From a virus, in IMG/VR virus record IMGVR_UViG_637000207_000006: DNA of 64,000 nucleotides. One strand, given 5' to 3'. The translations under genes and the position numbers were made by a program. This document shows, in pieces, positions 11,458 through 20,591 of the stretch (position 1 is its first letter; each line of letters opens with the position of its first letter). The notes under the pieces are model-generated. The model saw only the letters and a program-made list of their open reading frames with translations, was not told the origin of the DNA and ran no database searches.

Positions 11458-12640
11458 TAAATTCGCCCAACAGATTTTTAGATATACGAAGTGGGTTGTT
11501 TTTGCCTGTGATATAACCATCCAGCGAATAACGTACCGCATCCCATAAATGGTTATGTTTGTCGAGCACCACCGGCAGGATTTCACCGGTCAGTCGGTCA
11601 GTCTTGTATGAATAGAGTCTTGCCTCATCAATCATGTGCTTACAGCGTTCATGAATAATGATTTCTTCAAAGCCTTTAAGATAAGTGATCCCGTCCTCGA
11701 CACTTCCGGGCCATTTTGTGGCACCATCGATAACGAACCCCTGGCGTGATAAGTAACTGATAGTTTCCGGTCGGCTACTGTCCCCATGAATGGGCCATTT
11801 ACGAGAAAGCGGCACCGAATCATAGAACTGGGGCATTTCATCTAATTCAACGCCTACCCCATAGGCTTCATATTCGATATATAGTTTGGTACCAATAATG
11901 AAGCAGCGAACCAGTGTGGATGGGTCATTAGCGAAACCAAAGTCAGCTCCATAGAAAAGCCGGTCGGCTTCTAGCCATAGCTCATCAGAAAATGCTTCAA
12001 CCCGGTATTTTCCAGAGAAAATAACCGCTTCACTGAGTGCTTTTGGTAATCCAAGCCAAATATGCTCATACGCTTCATAATCGATGCGTTTGCAATATTC
12101 CATTTCCTGCCGGAGTACGTCAGGGAAAAAGGCGTTATCACAATAGTTAACTTTTCGAATAATAACGCCGCCGTCAGAGGGATCTTCCTGATGCCGGGTC
12201 ATCAGTTTGTATGTCGGGTCCTCTTCCTCGCGAGGGTTGAAAGAAACCCAGACTTCGGATTTATTAGCACGTACAGTTGGCCCAAGAATATCCCAACTAT
12301 CTTGCGAAACGGTCTGAGCCTCTTCAACCCAGCAGATCTTAATGCCATGCATCGACTTGATGCTTTGAATATTGTTGCGAAGACCTTTAAACGTGAAACG
12401 AGTGCCGTTCTGACCTTCAATCTCGTTGTTTTTGACCTTATAGAAGTGGGACAGTCCAAGATCAATGATTTGTGCCTCAAGCAGGGCAAGAACAGAATCA
12501 TTGATTGAGTTCTGGAATTCACGGGCACAAAGAATCGTCATTGGTTCTATAGCACCCAACAATACCAGCGCACGAGCAATCTCTACCGATTTACCGCCAC
12601 CACGCCCGCCATATGTCCAACGCCAGCGAACAGAACCCAA
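11435..12640 (-). CDS. terL: Terminase large subunit (PBSX family)
   Basis: Walker A GGRGGGKS, Walker B WVEEAQ, nuclease GADFGF...DAVRY. The only start is a weak TTG; the frame is open upstream through the terS 3' end. Confidence 0.92.
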   Translation of the reverse strand: MGSVRWRWTYGGRGGGKSVEIARALVLLGAIEPMTILCAREFQNSINDSVLALLEAQIIDLGLSHFYKVKNNEIEGQNGTRFTFKGLRNNIQSIKSMHGIKICWVEEAQTVSQDSWDILGPTVRANKSEVWVSFNPREEEDPTYKLMTRHQEDPSDGGVIIRKVNYCDNAFFPDVLRQEMEYCKRIDYEAYEHIWLGLPKALSEAVIFSGKYRVEAFSDELWLEADRLFYGADFGFANDPSTLVRCFIIGTKLYIEYEAYGVGVELDEMPQFYDSVPLSRKWPIHGDSSRPETISYLSRQGFVIDGATKWPGSVEDGITYLKGFEEIIIHERCKHMIDEARLYSYKTDRLTGEILPVVLDKHNHLWDAVRYSLDGYITGKNNPLRISKNLLGEFNVFQIQT

Positions 12641-12665
12641 TGCTCGGTCATATAAAACCTCTGTC

Positions 12666-12742
12666 GCCCAGTCACTACTAAAGGCGTACAGAACACCATC
12701 TATGATGACTGGGCTACCTGTTTTCCCTCGCGCAATTTCTCC
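12666..12742 (-). promoter_or_regulatory. Putative programmed -1 frameshift signal between terS and terL
   Basis: GGAG at 12742-12739, then 11 nt, G GGA AAA at 12727-12721, a 6-nt spacer, and a hairpin with a perfect 9-bp base GCCCAGTCA/TGACTGGGC (12714-12706 with 12674-12666). Confidence 0.72.
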
Positions 12743-13419
12743 ATGTGAGAAGCCCAGACATCAGCAGGACAATTGGCGGGAGTGACAATACAGACTTTGC
12801 CATAACTCAGGCCAGCGAGATCAACATTGACCTCAGTTTTATTGCTGCTCATGTCGATACCGGTAAGTTGCGCAGCGTTCTTAATGTTCGGCGCAACCTG
12901 TCCGAACTTCTTATCTGCTAACGCTTCCTTCCCAGCACGAAACGACAATTCAGCCAGGTGTCCAGCATTGAATGAAACAAGCAACGCCGCTTCGTTTCTC
13001 AGTTCTCGAATGCGGGCTTTTATTTCCGGTCTGCGTATCAATATGGATGATTGAGAATCAGCACGGGCTGGAGAGTAACCCGCACAAATTGCCGCCTCTT
13101 TCATCGGCATACCCGCCGCTATGTTTTGAGCAAACTGTTCGTATTGCGGCTTTAGAATCCCTGCGGTTCCTTGCGAACTCTCTGCGAACTTTTCAGACTC
13201 CAAGATATTACTGGTGTTACTTGCTACCTGACTTTCCGCTTGGTTCGCATCAGGTTCGCACTGCGTACTGTCAACAATAGTGCGAACCCATTCCTCAGTC
13301 TTTGCCCTCTTGCGGATTGCGGCATCACTAATACCGTACTTTTTGGCAATCTCCCTGATTGAGAGAAAGCCGGAACGGTAATCACGCTCTATTCCCTCCC
13401 AGTCAGTATTTTTTGCCAT
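12700..13419 (-). CDS. terS: Terminase small subunit
   Basis: N-terminal HTH ([26 protein letters not shown]) plus a second [11 protein letters not shown]; directly upstream of terL. Confidence 0.85.
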   Translation of the reverse strand: MAKNTDWEGIERDYRSGFLSIREIAKKYGISDAAIRKRAKTEEWVRTIVDSTQCEPDANQAESQVASNTSNILESEKFAESSQGTAGILKPQYEQFAQNIAAGMPMKEAAICAGYSPARADSQSSILIRRPEIKARIRELRNEAALLVSFNAGHLAELSFRAGKEALADKKFGQVAPNIKNAAQLTGIDMSSNKTEVNVDLAGLSYGKVCIVTPANCPADVWASHMEKLREGKQVAQSS

Positions 13420-13430
13420 TTCTTTCCCTT

Positions 13431-13459
13431 AAAATATAAAAACCACCGTGGAAGGTGGT
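13431..13459 (-). terminator. Intrinsic terminator upstream of terS
   Basis: On the minus strand, stem ACCACC/GGTGGT followed by TTTTATATTTT. Confidence 0.6.
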
Positions 13460-13497
13460 CAACATACAATATTTATTCAATAACAAATAATCATCAT

Positions 13498-13818
13498 TCA
13501 GTTATTGCTTAATTCGGCTTTCCGTCTGATATTTACCATTCGAACATAAAAATCATGCATAGATTTATAGTTTTCTTCACGTTTATCAATAGCCTCAAAA
13601 GGCTTAAGCCACTCATCAACCTGAGATTTGCACGTAATAAAAGCATCATCCACTAACTTTTCAGGCAGTATGTCTGCTGATAATTTAGGAAGGACATAAT
13701 CATTTAGACATGTTGTCATAGGATCTACGTATTGGGTTTCCGAGTACCCGATACAAGGTAAAATAAAAACAATCAGCAATCCGATAAATTTTACGCAATT
13801 GAATATTTTTAACATCAC
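13498..13818 (-). CDS. Moron: small exported protein of unknown function
   Basis: 106 aa, hydrophobic signal-peptide-like N-terminus, two Cys, AT-rich. Confidence 0.6.
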   Translation of the reverse strand: MMLKIFNCVKFIGLLIVFILPCIGYSETQYVDPMTTCLNDYVLPKLSADILPEKLVDDAFITCKSQVDEWLKPFEAIDKREENYKSMHDFYVRMVNIRRKAELSNN

Positions 13819-13860
13819 TTCCTCCTTGCATGGAAGGATTATACATCAGCATTATCACTA

Positions 13861-14781
13861 GGGTGTGTCCCGCAATAGGCTGAGATAGAATAATCTATGT
13901 GGCTCTGACTTTCGGAAAAAACATGTTATGGCTCGTTACGACCTTCCTGATGAAGCATGGGAGTTACTGCTCCCCTTATTGCCCCCTGAACATTCTCAAC
14001 GGGCGGGACATCCTTATGTTGAACACCGCCGGGTTATCAACGGCATGTTTTGGATACTCTGTTCCGGTGCCCCCTGGCGGGATTTACCCGAACGTTATGG
14101 TTCCTGGAAAACCGTCTATAATCGCTTTAATCGGTGGGCAAAATCGGGGCTCATTAACCTCATTTTCAATAAGTTATTGTCAATACTGGATGAACAAGGT
14201 TTAGTTGATTGGTCAGCTATATCTCTGGATGGCAGTAACATTCGTGCGGCACATTGTGCGGCGGGCGCCAAAAAAAACATCCCGATGTCACCGAAAATCA
14301 TGGCCTGGGTCGCTCTCAGGGTGGTTATGGCTCCAAAATCCATCTGGCGGTCGATGGAAAAGGCTATCCACTGAATGTGGTACTCAGTGCAGGTCAATGT
14401 CATGAAAGTCAATATGCAGTGCGCCTGCTGGATGGTCTGGGTATTCAGCGTAAAAACGGTTTTATGAAACGTCGTTCAAAAGCGGTGATTGCTGATAAAG
14501 GTTATGCCAGCCACGCATTACGTAACCGGTTAAAAAGTCAGGGAATAAAAGTGATAATTCCCTATAAATCAAATGAAAAAGCGCGGTCAGATGGACGGGT
14601 TAAATTCGACCATGAAACGTATCGAAGAAGAAATGTTGTAGAAAGATGTTTTGGTCGACTCAAAGAGCATCGTCGCATCGCCACCCGTTATGAAAAGACA
14701 GCAAGAAATTATATCGCTATGGTGAAATTAGGTTGTATCCGCTTATTTCTTAAGGCCATAATTTAATTGAGGGACATAACC
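13861..14781 (+). mobile_element. IS5-family (IS427/IS1031-like) insertion sequence, 921 bp
   Basis: Terminal inverted repeats GGGTGTGTCCCGCAAT / ATTGAGGGACATAACC (13/16 match) flanked by a TA duplication at 13859-60 and 14782-83. Confidence 0.9.
13928..14766 (+). CDS. IS5-family transposase, two overlapping ORFs joined by a frameshift at an A-run
   Basis: orfA 13928-14374 (GAPWRDLPERYG, DUF4096-type) and orfB 14254-14766 (DDE: ADKGY, RRNVVERCF); A-tract near 14270-14278. Confidence 0.88.
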
Positions 14782-15208
14782 TAGTATGCGATAGGAACAG
14801 GCAGTAGCATGAATTATCGGTATTAACGTAACTGTTTAAAAGATGAAATTATCATTCTTAGCTTTAATTTCATTAAGTGACTTGTCTCAACTTATTTCAT
14901 GTTAAAAATAGGTAGTTTTATCTTTCCATGAACAAAAACACTCTCAAGGAGTCTGTAATGAGTTTTAAATCAACCATCGAAAAGATAGATGATTCACTAA
15001 AAAAACTACCTCAGCAAGCTGACAACTTCAGTGCACTTATGTCTAAGCTTGCAAGTTACACAGTAGTAAATGGTTTAATCTGTTTTTCTGCCACAAGAGT
15101 TAGTTGCAAATATTCCACTATAAAAAACCACCACAGATGTGATGGATTGGGGTGTTGAGTTTTTAGAGTTATTTACTGGCTATTATGTACCGGAGGAATA
15201 ACCATTCA

Positions 15209-16108
15209 TTAAGATTGATTAACCTTTTTCTTAGAGTTTGTCCTGTATAATGTTTGAGTAATCTGCGAGGTAAAATAATCTTCATCCAGAAAACACAATA
15301 GCCTCTTAATGTGTTTTTTCTCTTGTGGCATTGCAATTTTCCTTTTGCCATTATCTTCGTGTATATCTAAATCAAAAACCACTCCATTTTCATTAGCTGC
15401 TGCTAATAAAGCATCCACAGTATAATTCTCTAAGACTCTTGATTTATTTATTAATGATACTTTCTTTCTTATTACCGTATCAGCAAGACTTGTAAGGTCA
15501 AAATTATTTGAAATATGGAAATGATCATGATTAGAAAACTCTCTTAAATCATCATCAGTGGCCTCTTTAAAATACCCATCAACATCGAATATTCGCCTCA
15601 ACATATGAAAACTTTTAAATTTTAATTTATTACCCTCAAGTATTGCGGTTAGCTTATTATCGATAATCAAACCATCAGAATCAGATAGCTTAAAGGTATT
15701 TTTGTCTTGAAGTATACTATGAAACAATGTTTTTTTATTATCTATTATTTGTCTTTTATCAAAACATTGAAGATAAGCTTTTATATTATCTTCTGTTTCA
15801 GATGAAGTAATTTCACCAGAAAACAGAGCCTTTATATTAAAAATAGATATCTCCTGCGGACTCCACTCTTGAATGGAGGTAGGCGTCTGAATTGCATCAA
15901 GAACACCTATAACATCATCAAAATTATCAATACAAAAATACTCCACAGGACTGGTAATATAACCACCACTAAATTCTACAGATGTCGTATAATTATTTTC
16001 AAAATATTCTTTTTGTTTTTTAAACAAGGCGTTTACAGATTTTTGCGTCTCTGAGTCTGTGACAATTCTCACAATTTTACTAGTGTCGGTTATAGCAAAT
16101 AATTCCAT
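15209..16108 (-). CDS. kwaB: Kiwa anti-phage protein KwaB (DUF4868)
   Basis: ~300 aa, C-terminal LCFLDEDY...LYRTNSKK and FKSFHMLRRIFD motifs; directly downstream of a KwaA-like gene. Confidence 0.82.
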   Translation of the reverse strand: MELFAITDTSKIVRIVTDSETQKSVNALFKKQKEYFENNYTTSVEFSGGYITSPVEYFCIDNFDDVIGVLDAIQTPTSIQEWSPQEISIFNIKALFSGEITSSETEDNIKAYLQCFDKRQIIDNKKTLFHSILQDKNTFKLSDSDGLIIDNKLTAILEGNKLKFKSFHMLRRIFDVDGYFKEATDDDLREFSNHDHFHISNNFDLTSLADTVIRKKVSLINKSRVLENYTVDALLAAANENGVVFDLDIHEDNGKRKIAMPQEKKHIKRLLCFLDEDYFTSQITQTLYRTNSKKKVNQS

Positions 16109-16127
16109 AAGTAATTTCCTTTTTGAA

Positions 16128-16646
16128 TTAAACAACAATGTATGTGTGAGCTGTTAGCTTTATAACATCTAACCTGTCGTTATTCACTAAAAATAAATCC
16201 CTTTTGGTAATCAATACAAAACTAATACCTGTCTCGCCCTCTGCTTCATAAAATTTATAACCGAAGAATGATAATAACGGATTAAAGCTATAACCTTCAG
16301 AGAAAGAAACATAAGCAAGCAAACTAATGTAAAAGAATGCAGCAATTTTCCAGTCAAAAAATGTCCCGGACGCACTAAGCAATGGAAATAAATATGTTAA
16401 AAAGTAATTAGTTACTTCTTTATTAGCTGGAGTAGCTGTTTTTATATTCTTTTTTGTTCGACCTGAATGATGAATAGAATATTTCAATATAATAATACAG
16501 AGAAAGACACTAATCACTCCTATAGTTATATACACACCAAGCATAATGTAGTTTTTTTGAATGAAAGCCAAATAAGCCAATGTGATGCATACAGGAGCCA
16601 CAGAAGTTGCAGTTAATGCAAAGCGAGCAAGTTTGCTTAAAAACAT
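16128..16646 (-). CDS. kwaA: Kiwa anti-phage membrane protein KwaA
   Basis: Four hydrophobic segments, YFLTYLFPL and FNPLLSFFGYKFY motifs; start ATG 16646 has a GGAGGT SD. Confidence 0.82.
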   Translation of the reverse strand: MFLSKLARFALTATSVAPVCITLAYLAFIQKNYIMLGVYITIGVISVFLCIIILKYSIHHSGRTKKNIKTATPANKEVTNYFLTYLFPLLSASGTFFDWKIAAFFYISLLAYVSFSEGYSFNPLLSFFGYKFYEAEGETGISFVLITKRDLFLVNNDRLDVIKLTAHTYIVV

Positions 16647-16776
16647 TTTCCACCTCCCTTCACCATAACTGTATAAAAAAACAGTATACATCAATTTAAC
16701 TCAAAACCGAATAATAAATTTATATTGATAAATAATGCCAATATATTCAAGAAAAAAACATCAGTTATTCAGATGA

Positions 16777-17226
16777 TTATCGGCACTGGGTTCTAACATA
16801 GTCTTGCAAGCCCTCTAATTGTGCCTGCATCATTGTTACCCTTTCGGTGAGAGTGAAATAATCCCTGATAGCGGGGTCTTCCAATCTGGAGCTGGCTGCA
16901 TTAACCATGCCGGAGGGGGAACCTGCTTCACTTTGACTACAGGTTGCCGCGATGCGCAACTTGCGACGACCAGCGGCAACATCACTGCGAAGAGCATCAA
17001 TTTCAGATTTGGCATTAGCAAGTTCCTGAGTGTGTTTCACATCAAGCTCGCGCAGCATAGTGATATGTGAGTTTTGATAATCAAGCGCATCCGTAAGCTG
17101 TTGGATTTCTGATTGCCGCTGTTTTGTAATATGCTGCTCTTTCTGTAACTCAAAGTGATAGTAATACGCTGTCAATGAAATAAGGATCAACGCTAGTATA
17201 GTGTAGTAATGAAAGCTAAATTTCAT
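16777..17226 (-). CDS. Rz: i-spanin (Rz)
   Basis: N-terminal TM, coiled coil, LRIAATC and QDYVRTQC C-terminus typical of lambda Rz. Confidence 0.9.
   Translation of the reverse strand: MKFSFHYYTILALILISLTAYYYHFELQKEQHITKQRQSEIQQLTDALDYQNSHITMLRELDVKHTQELANAKSEIDALRSDVAAGRRKLRIAATCSQSEAGSPSGMVNAASSRLEDPAIRDYFTLTERVTMMQAQLEGLQDYVRTQCR
16836..17021 (-). CDS. Rz1: o-spanin lipoprotein (Rz1), nested in Rz
   Basis: Lipobox VASC, Pro-rich PPPAWLMQPAPDW, out of frame inside Rz. Confidence 0.88.
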   Translation of the reverse strand: MLMPNLKLMLFAVMLPLVVASCASRQPVVKVKQVPPPAWLMQPAPDWKTPLSGIISLSPKG

Positions 17227-17326
17227 AGCAACAACACCCCAGAAACCAGCTCCATCCATCTCTACCTATCAAAGCAAGAAAGAAGCCAAACAGAAACAAT
17301 ATCCTGGCCAACGAATGTCTATTCAT
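17216..17326 (-). CDS. Small hydrophobic ORF (36 aa) between endolysin and Rz
   Basis: Hand translation MNRHSLARILFLFGFFLALIGRDGWSWFLGCCCYEI; its ATG overlaps the endolysin end. Confidence 0.45.
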   Translation of the reverse strand: MNRHSLARILFLFGFFLALIGRDGWSWFLGCCCYEI

Positions 17327-17855
17327 CCAGCCCCCAGCAAGTTAATTCCGATTCCTGGGCACGTCGCTCAACTTGACCATAACAGCCGTTTGCCTGCCCT
17401 TTGGTCTGTCGACAGTCTCGACCATTATCAAATACCCAACGTTTTATCTCAGCACAAGCGCCTTTCTTATCTCCGGCATTCAGCTTTCTATAGAATGTGG
17501 AAGAGAAGCATTTCGATGGGCCAATGTTATATGGGCAAAAGCTGGCAATACCTGCTATCTGAGGTTCAGTTAATGGCACCCGCACATTGCGTTTTACCCA
17601 TGCAATAGCCTGCTTTGCTTCTTGTGCATTGAGGTCACGGCACTGATTCGGCATTAACCTCATCCCCTGACGAGCGGGAGTTCCATCAATCCGAGTAACA
17701 CCTCGGCAGATTGTCCAGACTCCCCCCGCATCTTGATACGCTGATAGCCGGTTACCCTCTTTCTCGTCCAAGAACTGAGACAATATCGCCGTGGCACCTG
17801 CACCAGAAAGAACCAGACCGATAACCGCAGCACTTAACTTACTGGTCTTTGTCAT
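17319..17855 (-). CDS. SAR endolysin (GH24 lysozyme)
   Basis: N-terminal SAR segment AAVIGLVLSGAGATAIL and catalytic E-8x-D-5x-T (EGNRLSAYQDAGGVWT); start ATG 17855. Confidence 0.92.
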   Translation of the reverse strand: MTKTSKLSAAVIGLVLSGAGATAILSQFLDEKEGNRLSAYQDAGGVWTICRGVTRIDGTPARQGMRLMPNQCRDLNAQEAKQAIAWVKRNVRVPLTEPQIAGIASFCPYNIGPSKCFSSTFYRKLNAGDKKGACAEIKRWVFDNGRDCRQTKGQANGCYGQVERRAQESELTCWGLDE

Positions 17856-18021
17856 TGCGGCTAAGCTCCCGATGCTTGTAGTACCAGTTGACCCCAAAGG
17901 TGCCAACAGTGCAGATAATGCCAATAATGATGGCCCAGTCGTTCAGCGACAGAGCACCAAGCATTGCTGTAAATGTGCCCCAAGTGTATGCAGTGGGGCT
18001 GGTGTATTTGTCCATACGCAT
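17839..18021 (-). CDS. Class II holin/pinholin (HP1-like)
   Basis: 60 aa, two TMs, dual-start M-R-M, basic C-terminus, upstream of the SAR endolysin. Confidence 0.85.
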   Translation of the reverse strand: MRMDKYTSPTAYTWGTFTAMLGALSLNDWAIIIGIICTVGTFGVNWYYKHRELSRNDKDQ

Positions 18022-18181
18022 AATTCCATCCCACTGATGGAGTGATCATTTAGTTAATTTAATTACTTGGGCTGATTTGCCCTGTATTGATTTAAAAGAC
18101 TCAATAAGCATCAGACTTCACTGCATTAAGAGAAGAACGTATACTTGCAACAAATTTGAATTACCTGACATACACATTTTT

Positions 18182-18583
18182 ATGAGCTTAATTTACATAC
18201 GACTATATATTAATAAAATTGTTGTTCGCAACGTCAGCACTGGTAAAGAAGTCTCTGGTACCCCCGACACTCCCTTTACCACATCTCGTTTATTACTAGG
18301 GCAAATGATACCTGCAATGTTTTTGCTTAAAAAATTAATAAAGAAAGTGAGAAAAAATACTTGGTATAACTTTTTTTTGTCAAACCATCATGTGATTATT
18401 CAGCCGATGGAAATGAATGAAGGTGGACACAGCCAAGTTGAATTTAGAGCTTATATAGATCTCGCTAAGAGCATTACTTCAAGTCAAAAAGTTAATCTCT
18501 GTTCACCGAGATCACAACCACTTTCTGACAATGAAATCCGTCAAATACTATCCAGCAATTCACTATTTCGCCATAATAACTAA
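18182..18583 (+). CDS. yjaA: YjaA-family stress protein (moron)
   Basis: MSLIYIRLY...EMNEGGHSQVEFR closely matches E. coli YjaA as recalled (EMNEGGLSQVEER); opposite strand to the late operon. Confidence 0.75.
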   Translation: MSLIYIRLYINKIVVRNVSTGKEVSGTPDTPFTTSRLLLGQMIPAMFLLKKLIKKVRKNTWYNFFLSNHHVIIQPMEMNEGGHSQVEFRAYIDLAKSITSSQKVNLCSPRSQPLSDNEIRQILSSNSLFRHNN

Positions 18584-18626
18584 TGAGAGAAACTCAAATA
18601 ACCCCTCACCGCAGCGAGGTAGTTAT

Positions 18627-19199
18627 TCATATCATCACCCCAATTTCCCGCTTAGTTTGGTTAAAGTACTCTTCTTCCAGTTCTACACCCAAGACCCTAC
18701 GATTCAGCTTCAGTGCCGCTTTTAGTGTTGAGCCCGATCCCATAAAGAAGTCCGCCACCAAATCCCCTTCCCGACTACTGGATCGGATAATATGCGCCAT
18801 CAAGTCTGCCGGCTTTTCGCAAGGATGTTTACCTGGGTAATACTGAACAGGTGGAAAAGACCAGACATCAGTATAAGGCACATCTACCGTCACCGAGAAC
18901 GGACGGCGCAGCAGCCCATATTCCAGACTCAATTCCTCATATTGGCGTGACAAAGTAAGATGAGATTCTACTAACTCATGATATGGCCTGTTTAATTCTC
19001 CGTTCTGGTGTTTTTCTCTGGCTATTCGAGCGAACAATATCCGCAGTTTTTGGTAATCCACTTCATTGGGTAATTGCCACTGGCTATCACTGAACCAGTG
19101 ACTGGCCATCTGTTTTCCTGTGGCAGCGTTAATTTCTTTTGCTGTGACACCCAACACCTTTCGTGCATTGCGAAAGTAGTCCACAAGCGGTTTAAAGAC
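18627..19199 (-). pseudogene. DNA methyltransferase (beta class), C-terminal half, separated by the transposable prophage
   Basis: HPCEKP and DFFMGSGS (SAM-binding) motifs; continues in frame (VFKPLVDYFRN) from the N-half at 52694-53164. Confidence 0.93.
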
Positions 19200-19205
19200 A
19201 TATTG
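19200..19205. repeat. Left copy of the 6-bp target-site duplication ATATTG
   Basis: ...tttaaagac ATATTG TGATGCC...; identical copy at 52694-52699. Confidence 0.92.
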
Positions 19206-19999
19206 TGATGCCGCGCGCGATAAATTTCACTTATCCGCTCGATAAATAAAGCGACAATTGCGTTTCATCTATTGAAAATTTTTTACACAACTAGCGTCGT
19301 AAATATGACTGTAATTTATTCAATTTACCCATTTTTCCTTTAAATCTGTAGCACGGTAACCAATTCCGAACAGTTAGGCGGTATATTCTGCACTCATTAA
19401 AATGGGGTTAACACCCCTATCATAATGCACAGTACAGAAACCAAATGAAAATGATTGGAATGCATTCAGCTATGATCTTAGCTGAACTTGAACCTACCTC
19501 TAATGTAAAGCTATCTTAGCCTTATAAACCTCTATCTTGAGACTAAGAAGTTATTAAGAAGCGCCTGACAAATTTACCTAACCGAACGAGAAGAATGAGC
19601 GTATAGACAGGAAAAACGTGAAGTCATTTTCGGAATTCAGCATATAAGTTAGCAATACGCAATGCGTAAAAATCGTTGGTCAAATTAAAGGAGCCGAAGC
19701 TCCGAAAATTGGGGAAATCGCTATAGCTGAAAAGGCCGACCTCATGATCTCATAAACCAGCCCCCTCCAGCCTAGAGCGGAACCGGTTTAGTTACATCTA
19801 TCTGCGCAAAAAGAGCGCAGATAGCTCCAATTAAGTGTTAGCCGAGTAAAATGTGTATAGATACTGCATAACACGGAGTATAAAAAACAACTTTAGGGAT
19901 ATTAAACCCTAATTGTTCTACCACATAGTTAATATAGTTAACTATGTGAATCCCTCTTTAGCTACGCTATCTGATGAAACTAGCGTAGATAGAAAGTTA

Positions 20000-20248
20000 T
20001 CAGCATATCGAGGAATATTTTCTTGGGATTCTTTTTATGAGAACACTTGGTTCTAATGATAACAAATGTGCTATATGAACAAATTCCACAACATCCAATC
20101 TTCTTTCACCATTCTCAACTTTCGCAATAAACGATTGAGGGCGATCTAGCGCTTGAGCTAAATTCTCTTGCGTGACCCCCTTTGCTATACGAGCCTCACG
20201 GAGTGCTTTGATAACTATTTGATATTCATCAGAGTAAATTGAAACCAT
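20000..20248 (-). CDS. XRE-family HTH protein (copy 2)
   Basis: TQENLAQALDRPQSFIAKVENGERRLDVVEF; start ATG 20248. Confidence 0.85.
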   Translation of the reverse strand: MVSIYSDEYQIVIKALREARIAKGVTQENLAQALDRPQSFIAKVENGERRLDVVEFVHIAHLLSLEPSVLIKRIPRKYSSIC

Positions 20249-20336
20249 ATATTTAATCCTACTAAGCATTTAGGATTAAATATCAATCGATTGTTGATTT
20301 ATACCAAAATGGGATTTTTTATTTTATAAGCTCCGA

Positions 20337-20591
20337 TCATTTTAACTTTTTAGGTTGTTTTTTGAACAAAATTTTTTCTAAAATTAGCACATAATCGACA
20401 GATAGCAAGTGTGCTATATGCACAAATTCAACCACATCCAACCTTCTTTCACCATTTTCAATTTTAGCAATAAATGATTGAGGTCGATCTAAGGCTTGAG
20501 CCAAGCTTTTTTGAGTAATACCTTTTTCTATCCTAGCTTTACGAAGAGTGTTTATAACCAATTGATATTCATATGAATAAATCGATGCCAT
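20337..20591 (-). CDS. XRE-family HTH protein (copy 1)
   Basis: TQKSLAQALDRPQSFIAKIENGERRLDVVEF; 53/64 identical to copy 2; start ATG 20591. Confidence 0.85.
   Translation of the reverse strand: MASIYSYEYQLVINTLRKARIEKGITQKSLAQALDRPQSFIAKIENGERRLDVVEFVHIAHLLSVDYVLILEKILFKKQPKKLK

Noticed and set aside
251-13362. Many 60-120 aa ORFs opposite to or inside head/tail genes (same pattern throughout 23-50 kb)
   Set aside because: They overlap well-supported genes, lack SD sites or motifs, and are the expected shadow ORFs
14928-15158. 76-aa plus-strand ORF next to Kiwa
   Set aside because: No recognisable motif, and the C-terminal part looks like random AT-rich sequence; possibly a remnant, not supportable as a gene
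18627-19199. Split methylase working as two complementing fragments
   Set aside because: The C-terminal half has only a GTG with no SD or evident promoter; nothing supports its expression
19200-19206. Alternative 5-bp Mu-type duplication (TATTG or ATATT)
   Set aside because: Either choice breaks the TG...CA end rule on one side; only the 6-bp ATATTG gives TG and CA at both ends
19970-19980. CTGATGAAAC in a hairpin loop resembles a hammerhead ribozyme core
   Set aside because: CUGAUGA and GAAA overlap with no stem II between them, and no stem III/cleavage triplet can be built
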